Shown one piece after another: positions 12,193-24,873 of a stretch of DNA of 64,000 nt. The DNA lies in the NCBI GenBank assembly GCA_965112155.1, contig OZ218103.1, one strand, 5' to 3'. The translations under genes and the position numbers were made by a program. This DNA comes from Podarcis liolepis. Its lineage: Eukaryota. Each line of letters starts with the position of its first letter. The first letter of the stretch is position 1. A model generated the notes under the pieces. It did not search any database, was not told the origin of the DNA, and was given only the letters and a program-made list of their open reading frames with translations.

Positions 12193-13959
12193 GTTTAGAA
12201 GATATTGTCCCATTTTATATGCAGGATTGTACTTAAGTATTTATTTATTTAGCCCGCTTCACTGAATGACATGGGGCTACTTGGTTATCTGCGTGCTTTG
12301 ATTCGGCCGTTTCCAGTCAGCGAAGCCAAAGCTAAATAAATAAATCCTTAAGCACAGCTTAAATGATACTAGTTGGACCCGTGTTAAAATTCCTATTCTG
12401 CTATGAACCTAATTCTGCGGCTGTGGGTCAGCCACTTTCTCTTCTTGTACGCTTGCCTCCTAGGGTGGTTGTGAGGATAAAATCACCATGCCTAGCACCC
12501 TCAATTCCTTGGAAGAAAGGTGGGATGCAAACATAGCAACATATAATTCAGGCTCTTTATGTGCTTGCACACTGGTGTTTGTAGCAGTAAAGTGTGAAGA
12601 TGGCAAGCTTGTAAATGCACAATTGGCATGTACCAGGAGTCTAACCACAATTTTAACTTCCAGAGCATTCCCACTGCACGTATGCCGACACTGTGTGCCT
12701 TTCCTTTATAGTTTACGGTGTTTCCTGCAGCAAAAACTGGCACGCAGTGGCAGATGCTCTAGCGTGCGAAGCATGAAACAGCTCCAACAGCATGTAGCCT
12801 CATCTGAATTGTGTCTCATCTGACTTCATCTAGATTGCACCTAGAGGTTAAAGTGCTAAGCAAAGCAGCCCAGAGGAGAGTTCAAAAAAGTGGCTTTTCA
12901 TGGCTGCATCTTGTGCCTTTTATCTTTATTGTGAGCAGGGTTACCAAATAATTGTGAAACAAGTTACTCTTTGCCTACTTTGTGCAATCTCTGTAACTCT
13001 TAGAATTTTCACTTTAGCTATTTGATAATTGGGCTGCCTTTATGGACACTTGTGCTATATAATCCAATATAGCAGAATCAATCTTTACCTTTCTAGTTTT
13101 ACAGCAAGACACCCAATGTTCTCCCTCTACTCATCCTACCTCTGCCTTTGAGGAAGGCACATCATCATTTGTAAACCAATTAAATAAACTGAGAAAAATA
13201 AATCGAAAAACACCACAGGTTTCAGTGTTTTATTGCAGCCACAGACTTTGGCAAAGTGTCCACAGGGCAGCTTTTACTGCGGCAGGTGGGGGGCAAAGTT
13301 TGTTCAGAACATGAATTTTACTTTAGAAAGAGTATGTCCACCCATGCTCCTTTGTCTCTGAATCCTTGCCTTTTCCCTATTGAAAGTTATCTCCTGCTTG
13401 TTCTCTAACATCAGACAATTGGCAGAACACCATCTCTCCTCTTAAATCATTACCTATTCATCCTGCAATCACATCCTCTGGCTTAGAAACCACTGGCCTC
13501 TATCCGGGGTGCACACTTAAATAAAATATTTTTTGGGGGGGCAGGTAAGCCCTTCTATCACATAATCAATCACAAGACACTATTTGAATGGAATGCCCAA
13601 CAACTTGGGAAGGGAGGGGGCTGGCCCCTCAAATATTTTATTGGAGTGTGTGTGCAAAGTACCTCGGCCCCCAGGAGCTGGCTCCTATGCTTCGTATGGG
13701 TTTTGGTCTGTGGGTCTATCGCTTTAAAGCTCTGCAAAATGATCGTGGCATTAAACGTGAATAAAAGCAAACTAAACAGATTATCCACAAGAAAGTGGGC
13801 GTGCCTCCACGGGCGTCCTGGCCACTTACTTCGAGTCCATGCAATAAATAATACAAAATGACAAAACACAAGCATACACTCCCTCTCTGTCTCTCTCTGG
13901 CCTGTAGAGGCAGCCAGCAACCACTTATTAGAAGGGAAAAAAAACTTCAATCCCCACAG

Positions 13960-14480
13960 TGCCCTGCGGGCGGGAGGTGGGCCGAGCGTTTTCATTGGCC
14001 CACCCTCCGACTGCGCCTGCTTACGATTGGCTTGGCCCTCAAATTTCCATTCCTCCCTTTCCCGGGAGGGTGGAGGGGCGGAAGTGGCGGGTACGGCGGC
14101 CGTAATGAGACCGCGGAGTCCGCCTGCTAGGGAGTGAAGCTGCTGCCCCGTCAGCCCCCTTTCGCGACGCGGCTCGCTGCTTCCGCGTCGGCCGCGAAGG
14201 GATGGGGACTCGCACTCGGAGTCTCCGCGGGGACTCCCGGCCATGAAAGGCAGGGACTCGGCAGGGAGCTCAGCACCTGCCGCCGCACGGGGACCGCTTG
14301 GCGCGGGCGGGCGGGCTCCGCCTAGGTGAGTGCCGGGCCGGGACCCCTTCCCCGTCGACCTCCGTCCCGCCCCGGGCCCCGGCGCCACACCCCCGGCGCG
14401 GCCAGGATCGCCCTGGAAGACGCTCAGCCCGCGCGGTGGCCTCTGCTTCCCTAGGTGGGACGGACGGCTGCGTCCTCGAA
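13960..14480 (+). promoter_or_regulatory. ELK4: CpG-island promoter of ELK4
   Basis: Sharp GC/CpG-rich block. Two reverse CCAAT boxes (ATTGG 13994 and 14026), CACCC/GC boxes, ETS motif GGCGGAAGTG 14077-14086; no evident TATA box. Confidence 0.85.
14090..14325 (+). other. ELK4: ELK4 non-coding exon 1 (start approximate)
   Basis: Strong donor TAG|GTGAGT after 14325 inside the CpG island; the next exon begins with a 9-nt UTR before the ATG. TSS inferred only. Confidence 0.65.
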
Positions 14481-16714
14481 GGCTGGCAGAAGTGCTCTCT
14501 GCCCATGCTCTGGGGAACCGCTTTGTTATTAATCCAGGGGCTAAACTAGGGCTTCAGTACAAGATTAAGCTCATCCCCCCCATCGCCCGCCCTTGTGGTT
14601 CCATGTGGGGCTGCTAACCAGTTTCCCCCGTTCTCTCTTGCAGCTGCTTTATGGGTTTCTTCCCATTCCTTCTCTCAACTCTGCTCACAGACTTGGCTGT
14701 GTTGTACCCACTCGCTTCTGTAATTAGTAAAATCAAATTGGTCAGCATTTGCTGCCAGTTACATTAGTTTCACTTGCTGGTGCATAGGTGCTTCTCTACA
14801 GCATGTTATCTCGCTGGCTTCTTTCAAGCAGCCCTGCCCAAACTACTGCCATTTTTTTCACAGGTGAAGGAAGGAGGGAATTGGTGTGAGAGTTCTGGCT
14901 ATGCAATAATTCGGAAATGCCTTCCTGGCTCGAGCAGCTGAAATATGTCTGCTGGACTATACTGGCAGAAGCCCATTAGTTTTTCTTTATAACTGATGTT
15001 TGTACATTGTCCTGCATCCCCTGGGGCTTAACTACAGACCCAGCCTATGGAATTTAATCTCAGTTTTGTCTTCTGGTTTCTGCAGAAATCTTAAAATGTG
15101 GTTCCTCAAATATGTTGTTATCTTCCCAGCTGCCTCGCTTTTCAGAATCTTTCATCATGGCTTTCCTGGAGTTCATGTCTCCCTATTTTGTGTTGTCTGT
15201 TTCTTCTGGTTTCTAGCACTTATGACAGTCAGTTTCTTGTTACCCGAGGCTGCATTTGCATGAATGTGAGTAAACTGTGTTGGGTATTTCTGCAGGGTTT
15301 ATTCAGGAGGACACAGCTTCTATACTGGTTGTGTGTGTCATAACAACAGGATGTCATACACAGCTATCCCAGAGTTATGTCCTTCCTAAAATACACTCTG
15401 TAACTTACAGTTTGGGAGTGGAAAGAATAAGCCCTTCTCTTGTAATGCTCATGTGAACAAACACCTCTTTAAAGAAGAGTCTGTGCTCACTTTAGCTTCT
15501 CTTTTTGCATGTTTCAAGACGTTGTGACTTTAAAAATAATTTGTTAGTTGAAATTCCTAATGGAAATATGATCTGGACTTGTATCAAGGTGGCTAATCTG
15601 TGGCTTATCAGAAGCTGTTGGATTCCTATCAGCTCCAGCGTGTGTGGCCAGTAGTCACAAATGATGTGAGTTGTAGGCCAAATACAGGTTAATCACCCCT
15701 GCAGAGCCTGCCATTATACAAGATCACATTGACTGGCAAAAGAATCTGAACTGTGGCCTGGCAGTTGCACAGTGTGGAAGAGACACCTCTGCATCCATAG
15801 CCCTGTCACCCATACCAGCTGCTGCGAGGGGAAAAGGAGCTCTGTACCAGTGGAGTGATGCAATCCAAACACATACCCCAGTGTGGGCAGTGGGGGTTGA
15901 ATTATACCCTAAGCCTAGTTCTGTGTTTCTAGCAGAGGCATACTTAGGGCTTGGCAAGGAGCTGTATCAGTTCCCCCCCGGTAAAAAATAAAAATAAATA
16001 AATCACTTCTGTGTTTGGTCTTGCCACGACAGTGGCATCATGTCGCCACACACATATATGCCATACACTCCATAGTCTCCCATGGTCTGCCTTCATATCG
16101 CTTTGCCATTTCTCCTCCTGCTCAGCAATGAAATTCATGGCTAAACTCACAACCTTACGCAGATAACTAGGGTATGCCTCTGGTTTCCAGTCGTTAACAC
16201 AAATTAGCATTGTTTACCTATAAACAAGGCACTTGGATATATGGGTAAACTCTGGCCTATTACCTTTTTCTATAACAATCCCGTGGTTCCTAAAACCAGT
16301 TAGAAGAGATAATAATTGAACTGTGTTATGTGATCTGAGTTCTGCATCCCAGACATGTCCCTCTGTTACCATTTGACTCTCCTGGTGTCCTGTAATCTCT
16401 ATTGTCTTTTCTTCCCACTGCCCCATAGTAAAATCCATTCAGCCCAAAGATTGCTACTTTTTTCTGGACCCCTTCCTAATTTCCCCCCTCTTACACAACA
16501 TGCTTACTCTTTTCTGCCCCATTCAGATTTTCAGAATCTGTTAGCATTTCCTCACATTCTTGTTCCCTTTAAGTTTACTTTAATCTACTCCTGCAGCAAC
16601 TAGTCTGCTTCTGTTCTAAGGGAGTCCTATCTTTCCTTAAGTATCCGCATTTGCTTCATTGCATGTGACCCTCATCCATTGTCACTTTCTTCTTATTGCC
16701 ATTGTGGCAAAATA

Positions 16715-16954
16715 CAGTGGTACCTCGGGTTAAGTACTTAATTCGTTCTGGAGGTCCGTTCTTAACCTGAAACTGTTCTCAACCTGAAGCACTACTTTAG
16801 CTAATGGGGCCTCCTGCTGCCGCTGCGCCACTGGAACACGATTTCTTTTCTCATCCTGAAGCAAAGTTCTTAACCTGAAGCACTTTCTGGGTTAGTGGAG
16901 TCTGCAACCTGAAGCGTATGTAACCTGAAGCATATGTAACCTGAGGTACCACTG
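16715..16954 (+). mobile_element. Tc1/mariner (Tigger-like) MITE, family A
   Basis: TIR CAGTGGTACCTC / GAGGTACCACTG, TA TSD. Confidence 0.9.
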
Positions 16955-19900
16955 TACCCCTTGCTCCACTTTGCTTGCTTTATACCCAGCTGCCCTGCTT
17001 TGTGTTGTGTTTGGTTTGCTGCTGCTAACCTGGCCAAGAGATGGGACAGCAGTTGTGGGCAGGAACTGGAGCAGGGAGACATAGCGGGATGTTTTTGTGG
17101 TTGGTAGGAGCAAACTAGAAAAATAAACAAATGTATATTTTTGAAAACTTAAACTGGCAGAGGGGTTCATGTTTGCAAACTGCTGCAAACACTTGAATTT
17201 GCTTATTATGGGGATCTTTCTACCTCTCTTCCATTGGAAAAAGTCGCAAAAAGTATATTGAGAACTCTTTTCATTTAGTGTGCAAGATCCCTTAGAAATG
17301 CTTCTGAAAGCAATCAGTGAGATGGGATGCTCTGTCAGTGTCTGAGTTATTTGTATGAAAATCCTTGGGCTTAATTTTTGTGGTGTGAAGTCTGGTGTGT
17401 GTGCGTGCGCGCATATACAAGCCAGGAACTTGGAAAATGAAAGCAACTGCTAAAAGCATTGAAATCTTGCAGTTCTGTTCAGGACTTTGATCTCTGTAAG
17501 GTTATGGTAGCTATTTGTAATCAGCTCTGCAAGCCTACCCTTTCTCCTGTGAACTTTGATTTCCTCCCCGGAAATGCTTACTGAGATCACAGCATTTTCT
17601 TAAAACAAAAATATCTGAACTACAATAAGGATGCATTTATAAATATTCCCCTGTATAATAACAAAGTGAATGGCTCTGTGCCTAAAAAAGATGGCATTGA
17701 AATGGGGCCACCCAGGGAGAATAGTTTTGGCATATTCAAGGACAGAGCCATCAAAGGGGGTGGGATACAGGAGCTGCTGCTGTATTTGTCCCCAGCAGGG
17801 GACCTAGACTCTAAACCTTGCAGAATGAAAGTCATGAAGCAAAATGTGCAGGCACCATTTGAAGTAAGCCCATACTGACATCCTTTTGGCACCAGGTGTT
17901 GAAGGAAAATGTCATTGTAATGTGGGGTGGAATTGAACGTAGCTCTGACTGGGGTATGCTTGCATAATAGGACATCCATGCCCCCTAACCCTCCAGAGCT
18001 GGTGGGGTGTGTGTGAGGGGAGGAAAGTTTAGTTGCATGAGTAGACCTTGTTCCATGGCATATGCAACAACTGAGTTGAATTTATGCTTCCATTTTCAAT
18101 GTAAACCACCTGGAGACCTTTTAAGTAACAAGCAACTAATAGGTCTAGTAAGTAAGAATACCTTTGCAGCTGTGCTGGAGTAGAATCAGAGTTGTTGAGG
18201 GATGAAAAGGAAAGTGTACTAGTGCACAAAGCTCCCGCCCATCCCTGTAGTGAGGATGCATGTGTATTTTTGTCCTAGCTATAGGATAGTGGCATAACTA
18301 TAGGTTGTTTTTTTACCTATATGACATCATTATTTGCTAGCAAAATGCCTGAACAGAAGCAAAACAGTAAGCAGTTCCTTAGAAAGGTGGCTTCTATACT
18401 GAAAAGTAAACACCAAATCATAGTTTCTTAGCTGGATTAGTGCAAAGTGACAGAGTTGATCCTTTGCATGTAAAACTGGGGTTTCCTCAGTTATCTTACC
18501 TGGTTGTGTCTTGAGGCAGAGAATCCTGTTGGTTCTAGTCAGAAGTGGAGTTGAGGGGGGTTGTGATCTGCTGCTTCTGAATATCCAGCAAGAAACAGAT
18601 TAAAAGACTCAACACAGGCCTGTTCTTTTAACAGTACAGTCTGCTAGTGTTGCATATCTGTGTAGTGCGTGTCTTGAGTTCTTTAAATGACTCCTTTCCT
18701 TGGCAAGGTCCCATTAAAAACAGACGGAATGACAGACTCTACCTAAAGGGGGAGCAGGGAGAAGTACCTGCCCCAAGGCAAAATTTAATTAGGAATGTGT
18801 AACCCTGTTTTGTCATGCTAGATTGTCCTGTGAATCCTTTTATAGAGCCAACTACATTCCATCATCTCCTTTGAATAGGCCAAAGAGTTTCTTCTACAGA
18901 ATTATTTCTTACTTTTTGTGTTGATTCTGTAATATGTACATGCTACCAAAGTTATTCTGGGTATCAATTTGCACCACCTGCCCTGCAACTGGCAGTTTGT
19001 ATATCTCAGTACTTAGTTTAGTGAAAGGACCTTGAGGATAGTGGTGGGCCAAGACTTCAGCTCCATCCTCATAGTGACCTTCCAATAAGTCCTGCTGCTA
19101 CAGCCTCTGCTGTGTCTACATCTCGCTTTGGCCTGTGTGAGAGGAAAAGATAGCCCCCATTAGACTGGACTTTGCACACTGTTTGCCAATGGTGAATTTC
19201 ACTCAGGTGAAATAAGAGCTAGGTGAGATGAATATTTCCACCACTGAAGAACCTCTTTATTTCAGTGTGCTGTATATCTAACTGGGTACCTCTCCTGCTT
19301 TCTTCAGTTGTAGGAGTTTGGAGGACACTATAATATTAAAGCTAGAACTTGCAAGGTGCCTGCACCAGCGGGTAGCCTGGCTGCTCATCTCTCCTTCTTT
19401 GAACAGGGATGTGGTAGCAGGTTTCTGTCTGTTCAGACACTACAGTTTTTCAGGTGTACATGTAAGGTGGTAACATGTGAATATGACCCAACACATGTTT
19501 GCAAATGTGTGGATTTACTTGAACATTCATCAGAGAGCCAGGATTGGTGGTTGCTTATGAAGGGTATATTTGTTTGCATAATATGAAAATTGGCCTGGGC
19601 TCCTTTCATTCTCTAATCCAGAGCTGGCCAATGTTGTTTGATTACAGCTCCCTTTATCCCTGACTATTAGCTGTGCTAAGAGAGGTTGATGAGAGATGGA
19701 GATCAACAGCATCTGGAGGGCACCACACTGACTATCCCTTCTCCAATGTGTTATATTTTATAACTCAGATTTCATTCAGAAGTAGAATTTGAGTGCTAAA
19801 ATTAAAAGCAACATGGTGGCCAATCCTTGAACAAGACGGCAACCTTTGCCCCTCCAGCATCAGTAGTAATGCATTTTCTTAAGAGAAAAAAAATGTAAAT

Positions 19901-20312
19901 TGTAATTGTGGCTGTTTTGCTTTGTGTGCTATTTGCGCTATTTTTGTTTTGAACGTTCTGCAAAGAGTCTGATCTGGCTGCTGCACTGGCACAGTTTCTG
20001 ATGAGCAAAGCTAGACTTATGGAGGGACTTTTCATAGATAAATGTAATGAGTTAGTGTGGCTCTCCAAACTGTTCTGATTTAACTAAATGAGACTCTAAA
20101 TAGTCCCAGTGTAGAGAATGTGGCCCTCCTAAACTTTTGTCTTTTGTTTTTGTTGGTAACTCGTGTTTCTCCTCTGGCAGTACTGATTATTGCAAACATA
20201 TCGTTTATTTTATGAGAGATGTGCATGTGCCCACCCCCACCCCCCAAGCATTGTGCATGACCCCTGTGAGAATCTTCTCAGCTTCTCTTCTTCTGCATTT
20301 CAGCTCACTGCT

Positions 20313-20519
20313 ATGGACAGTGCGATCACGTTGTGGCAGTTCCTTTTACAACTCCTCCAGGAGCCTCGGAACAAGGATGTCATCTGCTGGACCTCCAATG
20401 ACGGAGAGTTCAAGCTGCTGCAGGCAGAAGAGGTGGCCCGCCTATGGGGGATCCGTAAAAACAAGCCCAGTATGAACTACGACAAACTCAGTCGTGCTCT
20501 CAGATATTACTATGTGAAG
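20313..20519 (+). CDS. ELK4: ELK4 (SAP-1) coding exon 1, ETS domain N-part
   Basis: [69 protein letters not shown]; acceptor at 20303, donor AAG|GTAAC. Confidence 0.97.
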
Positions 20520-20619
20520 GTAACTCCAGCATTTAGTTTGTATCAGATGTGGAACCCTCCTTTCCTTCTGCCTCAGCCTAATGAGCTTTTCTGTTTTCCA
20601 AGGGTAATGCAATGCTATA

Positions 20620-20845
20620 CAGTGGTACCTCGAGTGAAGTACTTAATTCGTTCTGGAGGTCTGTTCTTAACCTGAAACTGTTCTTAACCTGAAGCACCAC
20701 TTTAGCTAATGATGCCTCCTACTGCTGCCGCCCCGCCGGAGCACGATTTCTGTTCTCATCCTGAAGCAAAGTTCTTACCCTGAAGCTTTATTTTTGGGTT
20801 AGCGGAGTCTGTAACCTGAAGCGTATGTAACCCGAGGTACCACTG
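20620..20845 (+). mobile_element. Tc1/mariner MITE, family A
   Basis: Same TIRs and body, TA TSD. Confidence 0.9.
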
Positions 20846-21100
20846 TACAAGCTTGGGTATCATGAGAGCTGTTTTCTGTGGCTGAGAGTTTAGATTTTCA
20901 GGCCCTGAAGTACTTCTAAAGAGTTATTAAGTGTCTTAGACGTTTAAGTGAGGCTTTCCAAGAAAATCACCTGTCAGGTTGCCAAAAATGAGTACAAATT
21001 TCAGGGAAATGGAAGCCCTAAAAACACAAAGTAATTACAACTTGCTATACTCCTGTGATGCCATTTTGTATTTGGCACTGTCCTAAAATATTTTGTTTTA

Positions 21101-21762
21101 CCGTATTTTTCGCCCTATAGGACACACTTTTCCCCCTCCAAAAATGAAGGGGAAATGTGTGTGCGTCCTATGGGGCGAATGCAGGCTTTCGCTGAAGCCT
21201 GGAGAGCGAGAGGGGTCGGTACGCACCGACCCCTCTCGCTCTCCAGGCTTCAGGAAGCTATCCGCAAGTCTTGCAAGCCTGGCGGGATGTCCCGCGGGCT
21301 CGCAAGGCTTGCGGGCAGCAGCCTGCAGCCCAAAAGCTGGGGACAGCGGGGAGGCGCAGCGCCACCACCCCGCTATTCCGTGACCTGATCTGGAGGCTGG
21401 CGGGGGGGAGAAGCAAGCTTGCTTCTCCCCCCCGCCAGCCCCACAAGCTCGGGGGATAGCGGGTGGCGGAGCGCCGCCACCCTGCTATTCCCCGACCTAA
21501 TCTGGAGGCTGGCGGGGGGGGGGGGGAGAAGCAAGCTTGCTTCTCCCCCCCCACCAGCCCCACAAGCTGGGGGGGACAGCGGGGCAAGCTGTCCCTGAAG
21601 GCAGAAGAGGGAGACGGAGCGCTCCGTCTCCCTCTTCTAGCTTGGGGATGGCTGCGCAAACCTGGGGGGGAAATAAATTTTTTCCCCTTCATTTCCCCCC
21701 CCCCCCCAAAAAAACTAGGTGCGTCCTATGGGCCGGTGCGTCCTATAGGGCGAAAAATACGG
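21101..21762 (+). mobile_element. Tc2/pogo-like MITE with GC-rich hairpin interior
   Basis: TIR CCGTATTTTTCGCCCTATAGGAC, TA TSD, internal palindromes and tandem duplication. Confidence 0.9.
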
Positions 21763-22862
21763 TAAGTCTGAATTCAAATAGACTTTAATCTCCCCCACCC
21801 TTTTACTTCACATATATATGCATTGCCTTTTCCAGAATAGTGAACGACATAGGAAGCTGCCCCACCTCCTGTGCAAGTACATTGCTCCCCCCCCTAGAAG
21901 GAGCCTATTCAGTGCTACCCAAGTAGAAGGAAGAGGGATCTTTTCATATGATCTTATTTTTCAAACTGTCCTTGTGTGGGTGCATGGGATAAGAAAATAA
22001 ATGTTCCGGAGGCCTGCAGATTAGAACTTAAAGTTGAGATAACATTGGCTTGCTCATTAAACTTACAATTCAGTACTTCAGTAAGTACAGAAGGAAATAA
22101 GTGTTGCTGAATACGGCTTAGAGGCATTGAAGTGGCTGCAGTTCATGCTGTTTTGCTGAATGTCAGCTGCTTATTTCCCATCAGCTACATAAAAGTTACA
22201 TAAATCTTCTCTCATTTGAGTACTTAACCTTGGTGCTGTAACACAGTGCGCCCACAGATGCAAACACAGTGCCCATCTTCAGTATTTGGGCTTAAGCTTC
22301 CTTGCCTTTTAAATCAAGGCCATAAAATGTGTAGGTAGTAGACTGAGTCTGGGCCTATTATGTGTGACAATAAGTTCAGGGCCATTATGATTTAATGCAC
22401 ATTGCGGATGGGCTTTTTAGTGTGTGGGTGGCCAGACAGGAGAAAAATGGCAAAACTTTTCATGATCGGTGAATGTTCTGGATTCAGCCAGTGCTGTAGC
22501 CTTGTTGAAGCTAACTTTGGGTGTGACCTAATTACTGCAGGGATGAACAGTACCTTGGACTCCCCCCCACCCCCTTAAGCCACTCTGAGTTTCTAAATGG
22601 AAGGCTGGGATATAAATGTAGGCAGAATCCAGGCTAAGCTAGTTGTACTTCATTTCCATTAAAATCAATGGGGCTTGGTCGTTGCTGATGAAGTGTTAGC
22701 AACTTAGCCTGGATCTAACACATAACAACTCTGTAACTAAGCTTGTCCTCAAATGTAAGTAATTTTCTTATTGAAGTGGGGCGTCCTTGGGTTGAGGCGC
22801 CGAAGCAAGAATTCAAATGAGAGGAGTGCCTGACGCCTTCTTATTGTTTGATGTTTCCACAG

Positions 22863-23744
22863 AACATCATCAAAAAAGTGAATGGCCAGAAGTTTGTTTA
22901 CAAGTTTGTGTCTTACCCGGAGATTTTGAATATGGACCCCTTAGCGGTTGGCAGGATTGAGGGTGATGCCGAGTCTCAGGCGGGCTTGATAGACGTTAGC
23001 AATGCTGCAAAGGACGTGGAGAACTGTGGGAAGGAGAAGCCTCAGCCCTGTGCAAAGTCCTCCAGCCGCAACGATTACATCCACTCAGGCCTATATTCTT
23101 CATTCACTTTGAACTCCCTGAACTCTTCCTCTTGTGTAAAACTCTTTAAGCCAATCAATATGGAGAACCCGACTGAGAAACTGGTGGAGAAAAAGGGTCC
23201 TCAGGATCCGACACCGTCGGTCATAAAATTTGTGACCGTGTCCTCCAAAAAGCTTTCGATCTCCCCCCTTGCCTCTACCGCTCAGCCACCCTCTACTCTG
23301 TCAGCTGCTTCCACTCTCCCTTCTGGCTCAGATGAGAGTCTCCAGGCTTTGGAGTCCCTGGTAACACCGAAAGCTGAGACGTCCACATCCTTGCCGTGCT
23401 TGACCGCCAATTTCGCCCCTACTCCTCCTGCAGCCTCCGTTTCTCCTCCTCTCCAGGTTCCTCCCAGGTCTCCTTTGCCACCTTTAAGTTCTGATCTGGC
23501 TATAGACACAGATCCTGAGCCTGTGTCGTGCCAGCAGCTGGAACATTCTCAGAACCAAGTCTTGGAGTTCAAAGAGCAGGGTTCTTCCATGCTAGAAAAG
23601 GAGTTTCGTCATAGCCGAACTAGAAAGCCTAAAGGGCTGGAAATTGCTCCCACTCTGGTCATTACTGGCAGTGACCCAAGTCCGCTGGGGATACTAAGCC
23701 CTTCTCTCCCTACTGCTTCTCTTACACCAGCACTTTTTTCACAG
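22863..23744 (+). CDS. ELK4: ELK4 coding exon 2 (ETS end, B-box, D-domain)
   Basis: NIIKKVNGQKFVYKFVSYPEIL, B-box SSRNDYIHSGLYSSFTLNSL, D-domain RTRKPKGLEIAPTLVITG; ttccacag| acceptor, CAG|GTAAT donor; 882 nt, phase 0/0. Confidence 0.96.
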
Positions 23745-24451
23745 GTAATCCTGTCTTCCGTTACTTCTAAACCAAATCCTGTATGTGTGCAAGAAGCATG
23801 GCAGAGAGATGACCTCTTCAGAAGTGGTGTGCTAACTTTTCTAAAGGTTATGAGTGAGCAGACAGGGATTTTTCTAAGCTGGATGGAAATCTAACCTGTT
23901 GCCTGTGATCAGGTACATAGCCAACCAGACCAAGGTGTGTTTAGTGTAATATGCACTGATCTTTACATGATGGAGGTAGAGCATAGAGTCAGTTTAGAAT
24001 GCCTCACGTTTCTGGAACTTTTTGGCAAGGGTGGCATGAAAATCATTTGAGAGATCCAAACATCCTAAGCTGATTTTTCATGTTTGGATACACGAAAAGC
24101 CAATGCAAATGTCATGCTCTTTTTGCTAGCTTAATTTCAAAGAGAGAAATTTCTGTGCTAGCTTAATTTCAAAGAGAGAAAGTATACAGCAAGGTTTAGG
24201 TGCATGGTTTGGTTTTTTTTAAAAAAAATACTAGCCGTGTGAGTACAGCATGAACAAAGCTTAGATGTCAGAAATTAGTTCAGATCACTGTTAAAAGTGA
24301 CCATCTTTGCTTGAATCTGTTCTATCTAGCTCATGCTCAATTGTAGGTTTGCACACATTCACCAAAAGCTATTAAACTGAAGTAGTGACTTTCCAAACTT
24401 GATCACCTGCTATTTTGGGTGTCTGGTGCCATCAACTGATGCTGAAACAAC

Positions 24452-24592
24452 TGCCTTGGCTTCCTTAGAGCATGGTGCTGATAATGCCAAGGTTTCAAGT
24501 TCGTTCCCCGTATGCTGCACATTCCTGCATTGCAGGGGGTTGGCATAGATGATCTTCAGGATCCCTTCCAACTCTACAATTCGACGATTCTA
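24452..24592 (+). mobile_element. tRNA-head SINE remnant with CR1-like tail
   Basis: tagagcatggtgctgataatgccaaggtt..gttcg head; atcccttccaactctacaattc..gattcta tail. Confidence 0.6.
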
Positions 24593-24735
24593 AGCCCAGG
24601 TGACCTCGGTGGCTTGGAAGTGTTAAATGCTTGCTAGTTATACTGCTGGTAATGGAAGTTCAGGTGTTAAATGGTTTATTATGTTAAGTTCCTATATTAA
24701 ACTGGTGTTGTGACATTGTTTTGTATGTCTCACAG

Positions 24736-24852
24736 ACGCCTATTTTGCTGACCCCAAGCCCCTTGCTCTCCAGTATCCATTTCTGGAGCACTCTCAGTCC
24801 AGTTGCCCCTCTCAGCCCAGCAAGATTGCAAGGTGCTAACACCCTTTTCCAG
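24736..24852 (+). CDS. ELK4: ELK4 coding exon 3 (C transactivation domain)
   Basis: [39 protein letters not shown]; cacag| acceptor, CAG|GTAAGT donor. Confidence 0.96.
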
Positions 24853-24873
24853 GTAAGTTCCAGTGGATGACTT

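Noticed and set aside
13570-14388. 272-aa minus-strand ORF
   Set aside because: Runs through the GC-rich CpG island where stops are depleted; low-complexity translation with no recognisable domain.
21093-21788. Cluster of overlapping ORFs and apparent second CpG island
   Set aside because: Essentially confined to a TIR/TA-bounded MITE; the same holds for 57630-58090.
24124-24181. Tandem 26-nt duplication tgctagcttaatttcaaagagagaaa
   Set aside because: Only two intronic units; an ordinary local duplication.
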